From the NCBI GenBank assembly GCA_035285545.1, contig JAYKGY010000104.1, positions 64,001-128,000 on the forward strand: 64,000 nt of DNA. Reading direction: 5' to 3'. This DNA is from Snowella sp. Lineage in GTDB: Bacteria > Cyanobacteriota > Cyanobacteriia > Cyanobacteriales > Microcystaceae. Made by a program: the position numbers and the translations under genes. Under the pieces are notes generated by a model, which saw only the letters and a program-made list of their open reading frames with translations, searched no databases and had not been told where the DNA came from. Of this stretch, positions 29,368 through 39,480 are shown one piece after another (position 1 is the first letter of the stretch; each line of letters starts with the position of its first letter).

Positions 29368-29928
29368 TTAAGGATTGGGAGAGGGAACAATTACAGGGCT
29401 ACCGTCGGGAATATCTAACTCAATATTGGGCCCGCGATCCAACACTTCAATATCCCACTGACCACGACGGGCGGTTTCAAAGACCACATATCGGCCATCA
29501 GGGCTAATTTTAGGATTTCTGACCCAACTGCGATAATTGAGGGTTAATAGTTCTGTCCGTCTAGTGGCGCGGTCATAGAGGGCAATATCGGGTCGTCCTT
29601 GCAAACTGGACAGATAAAGTAAATAACGACCTGTGCGGCTTAAACTGGGACTCTCGGCGATCGCGTTACTTTGATTTAAACCAGGGTACTCAACCAAGCG
29701 TTGTTCCCGTAGATCATAGATTAAAATTTGCCGATTCCCATTACGGTTGGACACCATCGCTAACCAGCGACCATCTCCGCTTAAACTGGGTTGCTCATCG
29801 TTATAGCGGCTATTAAGTTGATTGGCAATTGGCGATCGCGGAATAAAACTACAAGCACTCAACAGGCCCACCAACACAACGGGAAAAACCTGATAAACAC
29901 TTCGCCACCAACAAGCCGTTTGTCTCAC
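29368..29928 (-). CDS. TolB-like PD40-repeat lipoprotein
   Basis: Lipobox LSAC; PSLSGDGR, PSLSRTGR, PKISPDGR repeats. Start uncertain. Confidence 0.85.
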   Translation of the reverse strand: MRQTACWWRSVYQVFPVVLVGLLSACSFIPRSPIANQLNSRYNDEQPSLSGDGRWLAMVSNRNGNRQILIYDLREQRLVEYPGLNQSNAIAESPSLSRTGRYLLYLSSLQGRPDIALYDRATRRTELLTLNYRSWVRNPKISPDGRYVVFETARRGQWDIEVLDRGPNIELDIPDGSPVIVPSPNP

Positions 29929-29939
29929 CTTGAGTCAAC

Positions 29940-30803
29940 TTAGTAATCAAAACGGGACGGATTATCCTCTGGTTCCGAGGGGCGATCGCGGTTGGGTTGC
30001 TCCGATTCCGACGAGGGTGACTCCCAGGAATCTTGCTCCATTTCCGACTCCTCAATCGGTAAATAATCTACATAGGCCGCGGGGGGTTCATCCTCATATT
30101 GTCTAGGGGAAGGAGTAGGGCTTTCTGGGCGGGGGCGAGAGGGTCTAGCGGCACGAGGACTTTCCGGTTGATCACTCTCAGGACGAGGACGACGAGGGCG
30201 ACGGGGAGCAGGATTTTCATCCCACATATCTGTCTCATTCCAACTTTCGTAATTTTCTTCTTCGGGTCGTCGGGAAGGGCGACTACGGCGGGGAGGCTTA
30301 GATTCAGTCGCTGGGGGGGCAGGGCGACGATTGCGACTACTCGGACGGGGCGGTTCTACCTCATTACTCATGCTACGGCTAGGGCGTGGTTCAGCATAAC
30401 CCCGTAACCGCCGTTTGTTACTGTAATTATCTTCTTCTTCGTAGGGTTCAATTTGATCTAATTCGGCTTCGGTGTAGACTCTGGTTTTGCTCACGCGACG
30501 ATCATCGGCGATCGGGCTATTGCGTCGGGCTTGTTCGGTAGTGATTCCCCGTAAACGAATGGTTTCAAAGGCAAAGAACACCGTTGACCCTGTTAGTAAT
30601 AATTGACCAAATTGTAAAATTGGATCAAGTCGCCAACCTTGAAACAGCAGAATCAACCCACACAGCAACCCAACCGCCGAAAAAAAGATATCGTAGTCCC
30701 GTGAAACTTCTGGGCGAATTGATCGCAGAAAATACAGCCCTGCTCCGGCTACGGCCAGAAAAATCCCTAAAATACTCGCTGAATTAAGCCCAAAGTTAAC
30801 CAT
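29940..30803 (-). CDS. ycf66: Ycf66 family protein
   Basis: LYFLR..RPE.SRD.DIFF..VGLLCG.IL.FQGWRLDPILQFGQ; long R/P/E-rich tail. Confidence 0.93.
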   Translation of the reverse strand: MVNFGLNSASILGIFLAVAGAGLYFLRSIRPEVSRDYDIFFSAVGLLCGLILLFQGWRLDPILQFGQLLLTGSTVFFAFETIRLRGITTEQARRNSPIADDRRVSKTRVYTEAELDQIEPYEEEDNYSNKRRLRGYAEPRPSRSMSNEVEPPRPSSRNRRPAPPATESKPPRRSRPSRRPEEENYESWNETDMWDENPAPRRPRRPRPESDQPESPRAARPSRPRPESPTPSPRQYEDEPPAAYVDYLPIEESEMEQDSWESPSSESEQPNRDRPSEPEDNPSRFDY

Positions 30804-30916
30804 TGATTTTGTCCGCGCTCCATTATCTCTTTCATGGTAGCGATTTTTTGCTCACCTGTTCGTCAAATAACCCCACCCTTGAATGCGTCAGAGTGGGGCA
30901 CACTAAAAAAATTTGA

Positions 30917-31039
30917 TTAGATATTACGTTTGATTTTATCTTTCTGGCTGATGAAGATTAGAGCCGCAGTAAAAGGAATAACTACAATTACAGCACCCCA
31001 AACTAGGCTCCAGAGAAAATTCGCTAAACTAGGAGTCAT
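30917..31039 (-). CDS. psbX: Photosystem II protein PsbX, not in the ORF track
   Basis: Hand translation [40 protein letters not shown]; usual position upstream of ycf66. Confidence 0.95.
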   Translation of the reverse strand: MTPSLANFLWSLVWGAVIVVIPFTAALIFISQKDKIKRNI

Positions 31040-31210
31040 ACAGATTAACCTTTTGCTTGTGATAGGCGTTTGTTAACTATTTACTCTAATGTATTTTGTG
31101 ACAAATTAAAAAGAGGGATGGATAAACTACCCCTCAAGGATTCTAACTATTTAATTTATCCCTAAACTCCTGAAGAGTCTTAAACAATTGCTTGCAGACA
31201 TCAACTCAAA

Positions 31211-31666
31211 CTAGATCCCGTTTTCTCTGACTTGGCCACGAGCGGATGCACCGTGATTGGGGGTGATCGCTTCTTTAAAATTTTCAACCGCATCATTCGT
31301 ATTTCGACGAGAGTTATTTTGGGAAAATTCTTTGAGACGGGAAGAACGAGAGGAGCTATCCGTATTAGGATTGAGGGTATTTTTAAGGGTATCTACCGTG
31401 TCCTGAAGTTGATATCGAGAATTGTCAATTAAATTAGAGGGATCGCGGGGTAATTCATTGGGGGATTGAATGCCTTTGATATTGGCATTGCGATCGCTGC
31501 CGTTAAAGTTTTTCGCGGTTCCTGGTATGGCAGCCTGTGCAGTAGCGATGAAAACGTGATCGGGATTCACAATCCCACTCGCAAACCAAGCACTGACTGC
31601 AAAGAATACTGCTAGGACAATTGGGGTCAAATGTTTTTTTAAATTTATAAAGATTAATCGTTTCAT
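31211..31666 (-). CDS. Hypothetical exported or membrane-anchored hydrophilic protein
   Basis: N-terminal hydrophobic segment, polar remainder; divergent from the stress genes. Confidence 0.65.
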   Translation of the reverse strand: MKRLIFINLKKHLTPIVLAVFFAVSAWFASGIVNPDHVFIATAQAAIPGTAKNFNGSDRNANIKGIQSPNELPRDPSNLIDNSRYQLQDTVDTLKNTLNPNTDSSSRSSRLKEFSQNNSRRNTNDAVENFKEAITPNHGASARGQVRENGI

Positions 31667-32414
31667 AAAATCACCGTCTGATTGTTAGCTTTTTGGGAAA
31701 AAAGATAGATTTTCCCTTTTTCAGCCTATCGCTTAGAGAAATTCAATTCGTCTAGCCTAAGATTGATTTAAGAGTTAGTAAAAAAGAGAAAATCGGGAAA
31801 AAAGTAATTAAAGATCATCCAGAGACTAATGAGTAAAGAAATCACTATAACTCCTAAGACAGGTGCGGTAGAAAGATAATTTTGGAAATATTTCCACTGG
31901 TCTTTTTTTTGCGTTGGTTTGGGCTGCATCATAATTCTCCGATAATTGGGCGTTTAATTCTCACTTTTGTGAACTTTTTAGGGCGATCGCCGAGAGGATT
32001 AAGTAAGTCAATTTTATTATTTATAAAATCCCCCTGACTATTGACTACCTGCTTAGCAGGAGGGGTAGAGGGGATAAATCGCAACAGCAATTAAACTGTA
32101 AAAAGCCTTAAAACTTAGCTATAATTCTACTCAAGTGATCGCTCATTCATTAGCAGACTAACGAGTTTTTTCTAGTTGTATTTATACCTAATGAATGAAT
32201 TTTTAAATGATTTTTAGTGAAACCAATCCTGAATTAATTTTAATCAAGCTGAAGCAAAAAGAACCGTTTTCATTAATTAAGAGAAATTTATAAATTCTTC
32301 CGATAGACTGATGAAAATCTGTCTTAAAAATGAGCTAATAAAAGATGAATCAGTTAATCTGGTGACTGCATTTTGAGGCAGTTTAATATAAATTTTCGAT
32401 AACAGGAGGGAAAA

Positions 32415-33995
32415 ATGGTATTTACTCACTCCAGAAAAGCAATCGGGATCTTTTCAGATTATGACAGTGCGGAAGTTGCACTAAAAGATCTCGAAAATTC
32501 TGGCTTTCCAATGAATAAGATTTCTGTGATTGGGCGAGATGTTAATAATTACCGATGGCATGCTGATTTTAAAGTCCGCGATCGCTTAGATGAGATCCGG
32601 TCTTCTTTCGCCCCTGATCAAGTGAATTTTTATGATGATCGGTTATCCCGCGGCCATTACTTAGTAGAAGTAGAAGGATCAGAAGAAGATATTGATCGAG
32701 CCGAACGAGTCCTGAGTCATCGAGGGATTCAAAATTGGACAACGGCGGATCAATCAGGTCGATACTCGTCCCATCCATCGGTTCATTCTACGTCAGGCTC
32801 CTATGCTCCTCTGAGGAACAGGGGAACCCTACGACGAGCAGTGGGCGTATTTTCTCACCGTCGTGATGTGGAGTCTGCATTGCATGAAGTGCAAGATTCC
32901 GGTTTCCCCATGCAAAGAGTCTCGGTGATTAAACAGGATAACGATGGACGCAATGATCGATTGGGCACCGTAGGGCAGGATCGCGACGAAGGCAATAAAG
33001 CCGATGAGGGTGCCGCAGCAGGGGCAGTTTCAGGCGGAATTCTAGGGGGCTTAACCGGCCTATTAGTGGGTCTAGGGACGCTTGCCATTCCGGGGGTTGG
33101 GCCCATCATGCTCGCAGGTGCAACCGCCACAACCATTGCCACCACTCTGGGAGGCGCAACCGTTGGTGCAGTCGCAGGAGGATTAATTGGAGCCTTAATT
33201 GGTTTGGGAATTCCTGAAGAACGAGCCAGGGTGTATAACGAGCGAGTTGCGAGAGGGGATTATCTCGTGATCGTTGAAGGAACCGACGCAGAATTGCAGC
33301 GAGTGGAATCTATTTTCCGCGATCGCCATGTCGAAGAGTATGAGGTGTATGACATTCCTGAATCAAAAACCCATCAAACAGCCCCTACTACGCAGGTCAT
33401 TGATACATCCCCCACAGAACCCATTCACCCGACCCCGATAGCAACCCAGCCCAGCACGACCCATACGGTTACACCGACAACTACGGCAACCTCTCCAAGG
33501 CCAAGGGCAACAACATCGGGAAATGTTCGTTCTGGGGTTGGTCTTTTTTCGCGGCTCCATGATGCAGAGTTAGCGATCGCCGATTTACGCAATGCCGATT
33601 TTCCCTTAAGCCAGGTGACCTTAGTGGGTCAATACTTTGAACGACGTGAACCCTTCGCCGGTGTAATTCTCCGCGATCGCTTTGATGAACTTCATTTAAG
33701 CCTCCCGGAAGACCGCACCCGATTCTATAGCGACCGAGTTCAGCAAGGAAACTATGCGGTCATTATCAATGGTACCGAAGCGGAAATCCGCCGGGCTGAA
33801 TCGCTGATTCACCATCGAGGCATCCAAGATTGGGCTATCTATGATTTCCAGCCAATGGAAATGGCCCAAAACTCCCCCAGCAGTTTTAATCCAACCCGCC
33901 ATGATGAATCGCGAGGAAATGTCAACGCCCATCCCGATGTGATTATTGTGGATCGCCGAGATCAAAGCTCTGATTTTGACAAACGAAATCATTAA
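32415..33995 (+). CDS. General stress protein with three YflT/17M-like repeats and a Gly-zipper hairpin
   Basis: Three copies of (A/G)(I/V)G.FS....E.A...L....FP...(I/V)S and Y..R...G.Y.V..(E/N)G; GAAAGAVSGGILGG...IPGVGP; AGGAGG RBS. Confidence 0.82.
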   Translation: MVFTHSRKAIGIFSDYDSAEVALKDLENSGFPMNKISVIGRDVNNYRWHADFKVRDRLDEIRSSFAPDQVNFYDDRLSRGHYLVEVEGSEEDIDRAERVLSHRGIQNWTTADQSGRYSSHPSVHSTSGSYAPLRNRGTLRRAVGVFSHRRDVESALHEVQDSGFPMQRVSVIKQDNDGRNDRLGTVGQDRDEGNKADEGAAAGAVSGGILGGLTGLLVGLGTLAIPGVGPIMLAGATATTIATTLGGATVGAVAGGLIGALIGLGIPEERARVYNERVARGDYLVIVEGTDAELQRVESIFRDRHVEEYEVYDIPESKTHQTAPTTQVIDTSPTEPIHPTPIATQPSTTHTVTPTTTATSPRPRATTSGNVRSGVGLFSRLHDAELAIADLRNADFPLSQVTLVGQYFERREPFAGVILRDRFDELHLSLPEDRTRFYSDRVQQGNYAVIINGTEAEIRRAESLIHHRGIQDWAIYDFQPMEMAQNSPSSFNPTRHDESRGNVNAHPDVIIVDRRDQSSDFDKRNH

Positions 33996-34020
33996 AAAAC
34001 CGCCGAGGAGGAATTCAATC

Positions 34021-34494
34021 ATGAAAAAGCCATTATCAGCAGTTTTCGTCAGTGGCTTGTTATTGCTAGGGGTTGTCGCTTGTGGGACGGACACGGCTCG
34101 AACCAGTGGTGAAGCCCCGAATATCCCAACGGGCGGAAATGTAGAACGTCCTGAACAAGAAACCGTTCGCAACGATCTTCAAGATGCAACGAGTGATGTC
34201 CGTAGAAATCAACTGGATGCGGATATTCGTGCCAGGGAAGAACGGAATAATATTGCAACCGGAGGCGACCTCAACCGGACAGCCAGCGCGATCGCCAGTG
34301 AAGTCCGCTCAAAATTAGAAGCCAATATTCCGAATGGCCAACTCACTGTTGAAGCCACAGATGATGGAGCCGTAACGGTTGCCGGAACCGTTCCCTACTC
34401 CGACCAATTGCCAAAAATTGATCGACTTGCCCGCGAAATCAAAGGCGTAAGAAGCGTTAATGTGGAAGCGATCGTGGCTCCTCCGCAAGGTTAG
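34021..34494 (+). CDS. BON-domain lipoprotein
   Basis: GAGGAGG RBS; MKK...VVAC lipobox; VRSKLEAN..LTVEA.DGAVTVAGTV...LAREIKGVRSV. Confidence 0.9.
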   Translation: MKKPLSAVFVSGLLLLGVVACGTDTARTSGEAPNIPTGGNVERPEQETVRNDLQDATSDVRRNQLDADIRAREERNNIATGGDLNRTASAIASEVRSKLEANIPNGQLTVEATDDGAVTVAGTVPYSDQLPKIDRLAREIKGVRSVNVEAIVAPPQG

Positions 34495-34527
34495 ATAAAT
34501 ACGATTTCCCAATCATTCCGAATCACG

Positions 34528-34564
34528 AATCCTATCTCAACAACGAGATGGGATTTATTTTTTT
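34528..34564 (+). terminator. Probable intrinsic terminator
   Basis: AATCCTATCTC-AACAAC-GAGATGGGATT followed by TATTTTTTT. Confidence 0.7.
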
Positions 34565-34974
34565 ATTGTGTTCATCCCCAGAGATTTAAGGTGATTCAAG
34601 CCACAGGAACCGGAATCAAAAACAAGATTGATACAGATAATGGAACAATTTTCAGGCGATTCCTTCTTTAGAGTTGGGGACTAGGGGATTTCTGCCGTCA
34701 TCCAGCGTAAGAAAAAGTCTATTTCCGGCAAAATCATCTCTAAATTCCCACAAAAAATATCTATTTGACGCTTTTTGAGCAATTTATTTAGCAAAAATTA
34801 CAACTAGTACAAACAGTTAAACTCATCTCTGGTTAAGCTTTAGCGCGATCGCTGTCTTGTCTCCTTCCAAAATCAACCCGCACCCCCAATTTTGCCATTT
34901 CCATATTTAGTGTCTTACCCCTACAATTAAAGCTCCACACACACTAGATATAGGGCTTGCCCTCCTTTACACAG

Positions 34975-37900
34975 ATGAATTACTTACAGGAATGGCAACA
35001 AAGTTGTGTTGATGAGCAACTGATTCGCCTTAATGTAACGTCTCTGACGGGAGCTTCTCCCTCCGAATACCTCCTCTACGCTGAAGATTTACCCCGACGG
35101 AATGATGGCCGAGTGAGCAATGCCATTCTGCAACGCTACAATCACATTGAAGCCGGCGGCTGGTGGTGTTCGGGTGTGGATTTGTTAACCGGAGAAGCGG
35201 ATCTGTGGGGCTGCTTTAAACCCGATGTGCCTCGAATTCATCCCGAAAAAGGCAAACTTATCAAATACGAGCATCCCCCCCAAGCCCCGACGGGCTTATT
35301 TGCGCTACGGGTTCCTCTCCATCTCTGGGAACGTATTGCTGAGCGTGCCCATATCCCTATTCTACCCGCTAGTATTGATCCCGAACAGCCGGACTTTGGA
35401 TTTTGGCAATGGTTGATGAAACACCCCGAAGTTCCCCTCTGTATCACCGAAGGAGCCAAAAAAGCGGGGGCCCTCCTCTCTGCTGGCTATGCCGCGATCG
35501 CCTTACCTGGTGTACACAACGGTTATCGAACACCGAAAGACGAAACCGGAAAACGTATTGGCAACTCCTATTTAATTCCTCCCTTAAAAAAATTAGCCAA
35601 TCCCAAACGGGAAATTTATATTGCCTTTGATCAAGACAGTAAACCCACCACGATTAAAGCCGTTAACAGTGCCATTAAACGTCTGGGATACCTGTTTCAA
35701 AAAGCCAACTGTGCCGTCAAGATCATCACTTGGGACAATCAACTCGGAAAAGGTGTAGACGACCTCATCGCCCAACAGGGAGAAGAAACCTTTACCCAAG
35801 CCTATGAAACAGCCCTCCCCTTTGAGATTTGGAAAGCGCGGGAACTCAATCAGTTAACCTATTCCCCCAATTTAGTGGTTAATGCCCGTTATCTGCCCCA
35901 ACTCGCCATTAACCCAGAAGCCCAACTCATCGGCATCAAATCCCCCAAAGGAACCGGCAAAACCGAGTATTTAAAAAGTCTCGTTAGCCAAGCCCTAGCC
36001 CAACATCAACCCGTTATCGTTATTGGCCATCGGGTGAGATTGGTCGAAGAGCTGTGTCAGCGTTTTGGTCTACCCCATATTCGTGAAATTCGGGACAATC
36101 CCTTGGGGCAAGTGCTGGGATACGGTCTTTGTATTGACTCCCTCCATCCCCAATCCCAGTGCCAATTTAATCCCGAACAATGGGCAGATAGTCTGGTTAT
36201 TATTGATGAAGTCGAACAGGTTTTATGGCATGCCCTCAATTCTGATACCTGTCGCCACCAACGGGTTGCGATCCTCAAAACCTTAAAATCCCTGTTACAA
36301 ACGGTTCTCAGTAGTCATGGGCGGGTTGTGGTTTCTGATGCTGACTTAAGTGATGTTTCTTTGGACTATTTAATCGCCCTTGCAGGCATTCCCCTCGATC
36401 CTTTTGTCGTTCACAATCACTGGAAAGCGCAAGATAAGGATGCTTGGACGGTTTATCACTATCCGGAAAATGATCCGAAACGGTTAGTCAAACACCTGGT
36501 GCAGCATATCCGTGAGGGGGGTAAGCCCTTTGTCTGTTTGTCGGCTCAAAAGTTAACCAGTTCCTGGGGGACTTTAAATTTAGAATCCTACCTCAATAAA
36601 CAATTTCCCCAGGCTAAGATCCTACGGATTGATGCGGAATCCTTAACCGATTCTAGCCATCCGGCCTACGGGTGTATGGGTAATTTAAATGAAGTTTTAG
36701 CGAAATACGATGTGGTTTTAGCTAGCCCTTCTATTGAAACGGGGGTCAGTATTGATTTAAAGGGTCATTTCACTTCCGTTTGGTGTATTGCTCAGGGAGT
36801 ACAAACGGCGACTTCGGTTTGCCAGGCCTTGGGTCGAGTTCGGGAGAATGTGCCCCGCTATCTTTGGGCAGCCGGTTATGGGTTTAATAAAGTTGGTAAT
36901 GGTTCCACTTCTATTCCGGCTCTGTTAACGTCGGGTCATCGTTTAACGGAGTTAAATATTCGCCTGTTACACCAATCGGATTTGGAGAATTTAGATGATT
37001 TAGATATTGGATTTCAGGGGGAATCGTTGTTTTGTTGGGCAAAAATGGCAGTACGGGTCAATGTTTCTATGGTGCATTACCGTGATTCTGTCCTGGCCCA
37101 CCTCCAACAGGAAAATCATCGGTTAGAACTACGGTTGCCCAACGCCTCTCTCAAAACCGTTGAGGAAAACCAAAATTCCTCCCCAGAGAGTTCTAGTTCT
37201 TCCCATCAACTTTCTGATGCGATTAAGGAAGTCCAAGCACAAAATTATCAGGCTGAGTGTCAGGCGATCGCGCTTTCTCCCCTCCTGAGTGATCAACACT
37301 ATCAGAGCTTAAAAAAACGGTTAGTTAAAAATAGCGAAGAACGACGGGCTATCCGTAAGTATGAACTGCAACAACGGTATGGTATTCCCATTACGCCTGA
37401 GTTAATTCATTTAGATGATCAAGGGTGGTATCAAAAATTAAGGTTGCATTACTTCCTCACTATCGGTCGTCCCTACCTGGCTGATCGCGATACCCAATTG
37501 GCCAAAAAGCTGATCGAACAGGGTCACGGGAGCCTCTTTTTACCAGATTTTAATGGTTCCCAGTTAGGCGCGATTATTGGCACGATGGATATTTTGGGAA
37601 TTCCAGTTTTGTTGGCGAATCCGCATCGGGAGTTGTGTCCCCTCGATAGTGATCTGGTGGCTTTGGCGAAAATTGCTATTCAAAATCGGGCTGATATTAA
37701 AACGGTGGTGGGGATTGGGATTGCCCAGAATGCGAGTCCCATCACGATTATTCGTCGTTTCTTGGATGAAATTGGTTTTGGTTTAAACCCACTAAAATCC
37801 AAACGAGTGAATAAAAAATCCGTCAGGGTTTATCAAATGGTATGCCCCCAAGATCAACGAGAAGCTGTTTTTGAGCAATGGTTAATCCGCGATCGCGCTT

Positions 37901-38016
37901 TACCGGGCAGTTCGGAGGGGTGGTTTGATGAATATTGGCTCAAACTGAGGCTATCGGAGCAAAAACACCGCTCTAAAACCGCTCCCTATGTGCAATTGAG
38001 CTTAGATTTAAGCTAG
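34975..38016 (+). CDS. CyRepA1-family replication protein (DUF3854 TOPRIM-like primase domain plus helicase)
   Basis: KYEHP, ITEGAKKAG.L, IAFDQD, KGVDD; Walker A SPKGTGKT; IIDEVEQ; SPSIETGVSID; QALGRVR. Confidence 0.88.
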   Translation: MNYLQEWQQSCVDEQLIRLNVTSLTGASPSEYLLYAEDLPRRNDGRVSNAILQRYNHIEAGGWWCSGVDLLTGEADLWGCFKPDVPRIHPEKGKLIKYEHPPQAPTGLFALRVPLHLWERIAERAHIPILPASIDPEQPDFGFWQWLMKHPEVPLCITEGAKKAGALLSAGYAAIALPGVHNGYRTPKDETGKRIGNSYLIPPLKKLANPKREIYIAFDQDSKPTTIKAVNSAIKRLGYLFQKANCAVKIITWDNQLGKGVDDLIAQQGEETFTQAYETALPFEIWKARELNQLTYSPNLVVNARYLPQLAINPEAQLIGIKSPKGTGKTEYLKSLVSQALAQHQPVIVIGHRVRLVEELCQRFGLPHIREIRDNPLGQVLGYGLCIDSLHPQSQCQFNPEQWADSLVIIDEVEQVLWHALNSDTCRHQRVAILKTLKSLLQTVLSSHGRVVVSDADLSDVSLDYLIALAGIPLDPFVVHNHWKAQDKDAWTVYHYPENDPKRLVKHLVQHIREGGKPFVCLSAQKLTSSWGTLNLESYLNKQFPQAKILRIDAESLTDSSHPAYGCMGNLNEVLAKYDVVLASPSIETGVSIDLKGHFTSVWCIAQGVQTATSVCQALGRVRENVPRYLWAAGYGFNKVGNGSTSIPALLTSGHRLTELNIRLLHQSDLENLDDLDIGFQGESLFCWAKMAVRVNVSMVHYRDSVLAHLQQENHRLELRLPNASLKTVEENQNSSPESSSSSHQLSDAIKEVQAQNYQAECQAIALSPLLSDQHYQSLKKRLVKNSEERRAIRKYELQQRYGIPITPELIHLDDQGWYQKLRLHYFLTIGRPYLADRDTQLAKKLIEQGHGSLFLPDFNGSQLGAIIGTMDILGIPVLLANPHRELCPLDSDLVALAKIAIQNRADIKTVVGIGIAQNASPITIIRRFLDEIGFGLNPLKSKRVNKKSVRVYQMVCPQDQREAVFEQWLIRDRALPGSSEGWFDEYWLKLRLSEQKHRSKTAPYVQLSLDLS

Positions 38017-38021
38017 GGGAA

Positions 38022-39467
38022 TTAGGGCTTCTTGGTTTCTGAAAGCACACTGAATCGAACCGCGCTATTGTTTTGCAATGGCTTGCTGCTCCGAACCACT
38101 AAACGTTCATTGGGAGATAAACCGGAGAGAATTTCCAGTTTGCCATTTGCTTTTTGACCGATTTCTACGGCTCGTTGAGTTGCGGTTAAGGTTTTGCCCT
38201 CTCCTTGAACCACAAATACGGAACCATCTTCCTGGAGAGCGGATTCAGGAATAATAATGGTGTTACCCTGGGCTGGAGAAAAACTGACCCTAGCAAATAA
38301 ACCGCTGCCAATTTTGCCGTCTGGATTATGGAGGGTCACTTCGATGGGAATCAATCGGGTAGCGGGATCGGCAGAAGGAGAAATACGGGAAACCGTTCCG
38401 GTAAAGCGTTGTTTCGGGAAGGCATCGAGGGTAATATCGGCACTTTGCCCCAGTTGAATGGTGTTGAGTTCCCGTTCCGATACGTCCACATTGATTTTGA
38501 CCCGACTGAAATCCCCCAATCGTAAAATTTCGGTTCCGGGTTGCACGAGGTTGCCCGGTTCTGTGGCACGTTTTAAGACTTTTCCGGCTAAGGGCGATCG
38601 CAAGGTGGCATAGGACTGTCGCGTTTGGGCCTGATTCACTAAGGCTTTTTGGGCCTTGACCTGGGAAGTTGCCGCCGTGACTTTTTGTTGTTCTATGGCA
38701 ACTTGGGCCTCGGCCGAGCGCAGAATTTTAGCCGCCGTTTGGGCCGCGGTTTTGGCCTGGCTAATTTGTTGCGCGGCATTAGCCATTTCAGCTTGTAAGA
38801 CCTGTTTTGCCTGTTTTGCCTTCGTTTGGGACTGTTCAGCCGTTTGAGCCGCAGTCACCCCTTCTTGCGCTAATTTACTAAACCGTTCCGCGTCAATTTG
38901 GGTTTGAGTCACTTCCAATCGCGCTTGTTCAATACGGGCCTGGAGAGAGGTTTGTAAGCGAGCAATATCGGCCTGGGCTTGTTGCAGTTGGAGGCGGGCT
39001 TGTTCAACCTTAATTTGGGCATCTCCTGCCTGACTCCTGGCCGTAGCCACCTGGGATCGCTGAGCCGCTTTTTGTGCCTGAGCCTGAGCCACTGATCCCA
39101 AGAGTAAATCATCATTAAGACGGGCCAAAATCTGTCCCGATTCCACGCGATCGCCCACATCAACGGTTAATGTTTGCAATTGCCCTTCCACTTGAGACCG
39201 TAGGGAAACTTCGCGGATGGGGGCCGTTGTGCCAGTATATTCGGTTGCTTGACGGAGTTGACCTGTTTTCGTCAACATGACATCTACCGCGCTCGGCCTA
39301 TCAGTCGCATTTTCTTGCCCTGAAGATGGCTGGGCTTCGACTTTGGGTTGCTCCCACTGGCCACAACCACTGAGACTCGTTCCCAACCACACTAACCCAC
39401 ACAATACGCCTAACGAACTACGGACGCGATATTTAGCCACACCAAACAAGGGATGATTTACTAACAT
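38022..39467 (-). CDS. RND efflux membrane-fusion (periplasmic adaptor) lipoprotein
   Basis: Lipobox LSGC; VDVGDRV..GQILA; long coiled coil; LRSPLAG, GLFARV, EILSGL. Confidence 0.92.
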   Translation of the reverse strand: MLVNHPLFGVAKYRVRSSLGVLCGLVWLGTSLSGCGQWEQPKVEAQPSSGQENATDRPSAVDVMLTKTGQLRQATEYTGTTAPIREVSLRSQVEGQLQTLTVDVGDRVESGQILARLNDDLLLGSVAQAQAQKAAQRSQVATARSQAGDAQIKVEQARLQLQQAQADIARLQTSLQARIEQARLEVTQTQIDAERFSKLAQEGVTAAQTAEQSQTKAKQAKQVLQAEMANAAQQISQAKTAAQTAAKILRSAEAQVAIEQQKVTAATSQVKAQKALVNQAQTRQSYATLRSPLAGKVLKRATEPGNLVQPGTEILRLGDFSRVKINVDVSERELNTIQLGQSADITLDAFPKQRFTGTVSRISPSADPATRLIPIEVTLHNPDGKIGSGLFARVSFSPAQGNTIIIPESALQEDGSVFVVQGEGKTLTATQRAVEIGQKANGKLEILSGLSPNERLVVRSSKPLQNNSAVRFSVLSETKKP

Positions 39468-39480
39468 ACATAAATCTTAA

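Noticed and set aside
30099..30407. Plus-strand Arg-rich ORF and repeat-like sequence
   Set aside because: Antisense to the low-complexity tail of ycf66.
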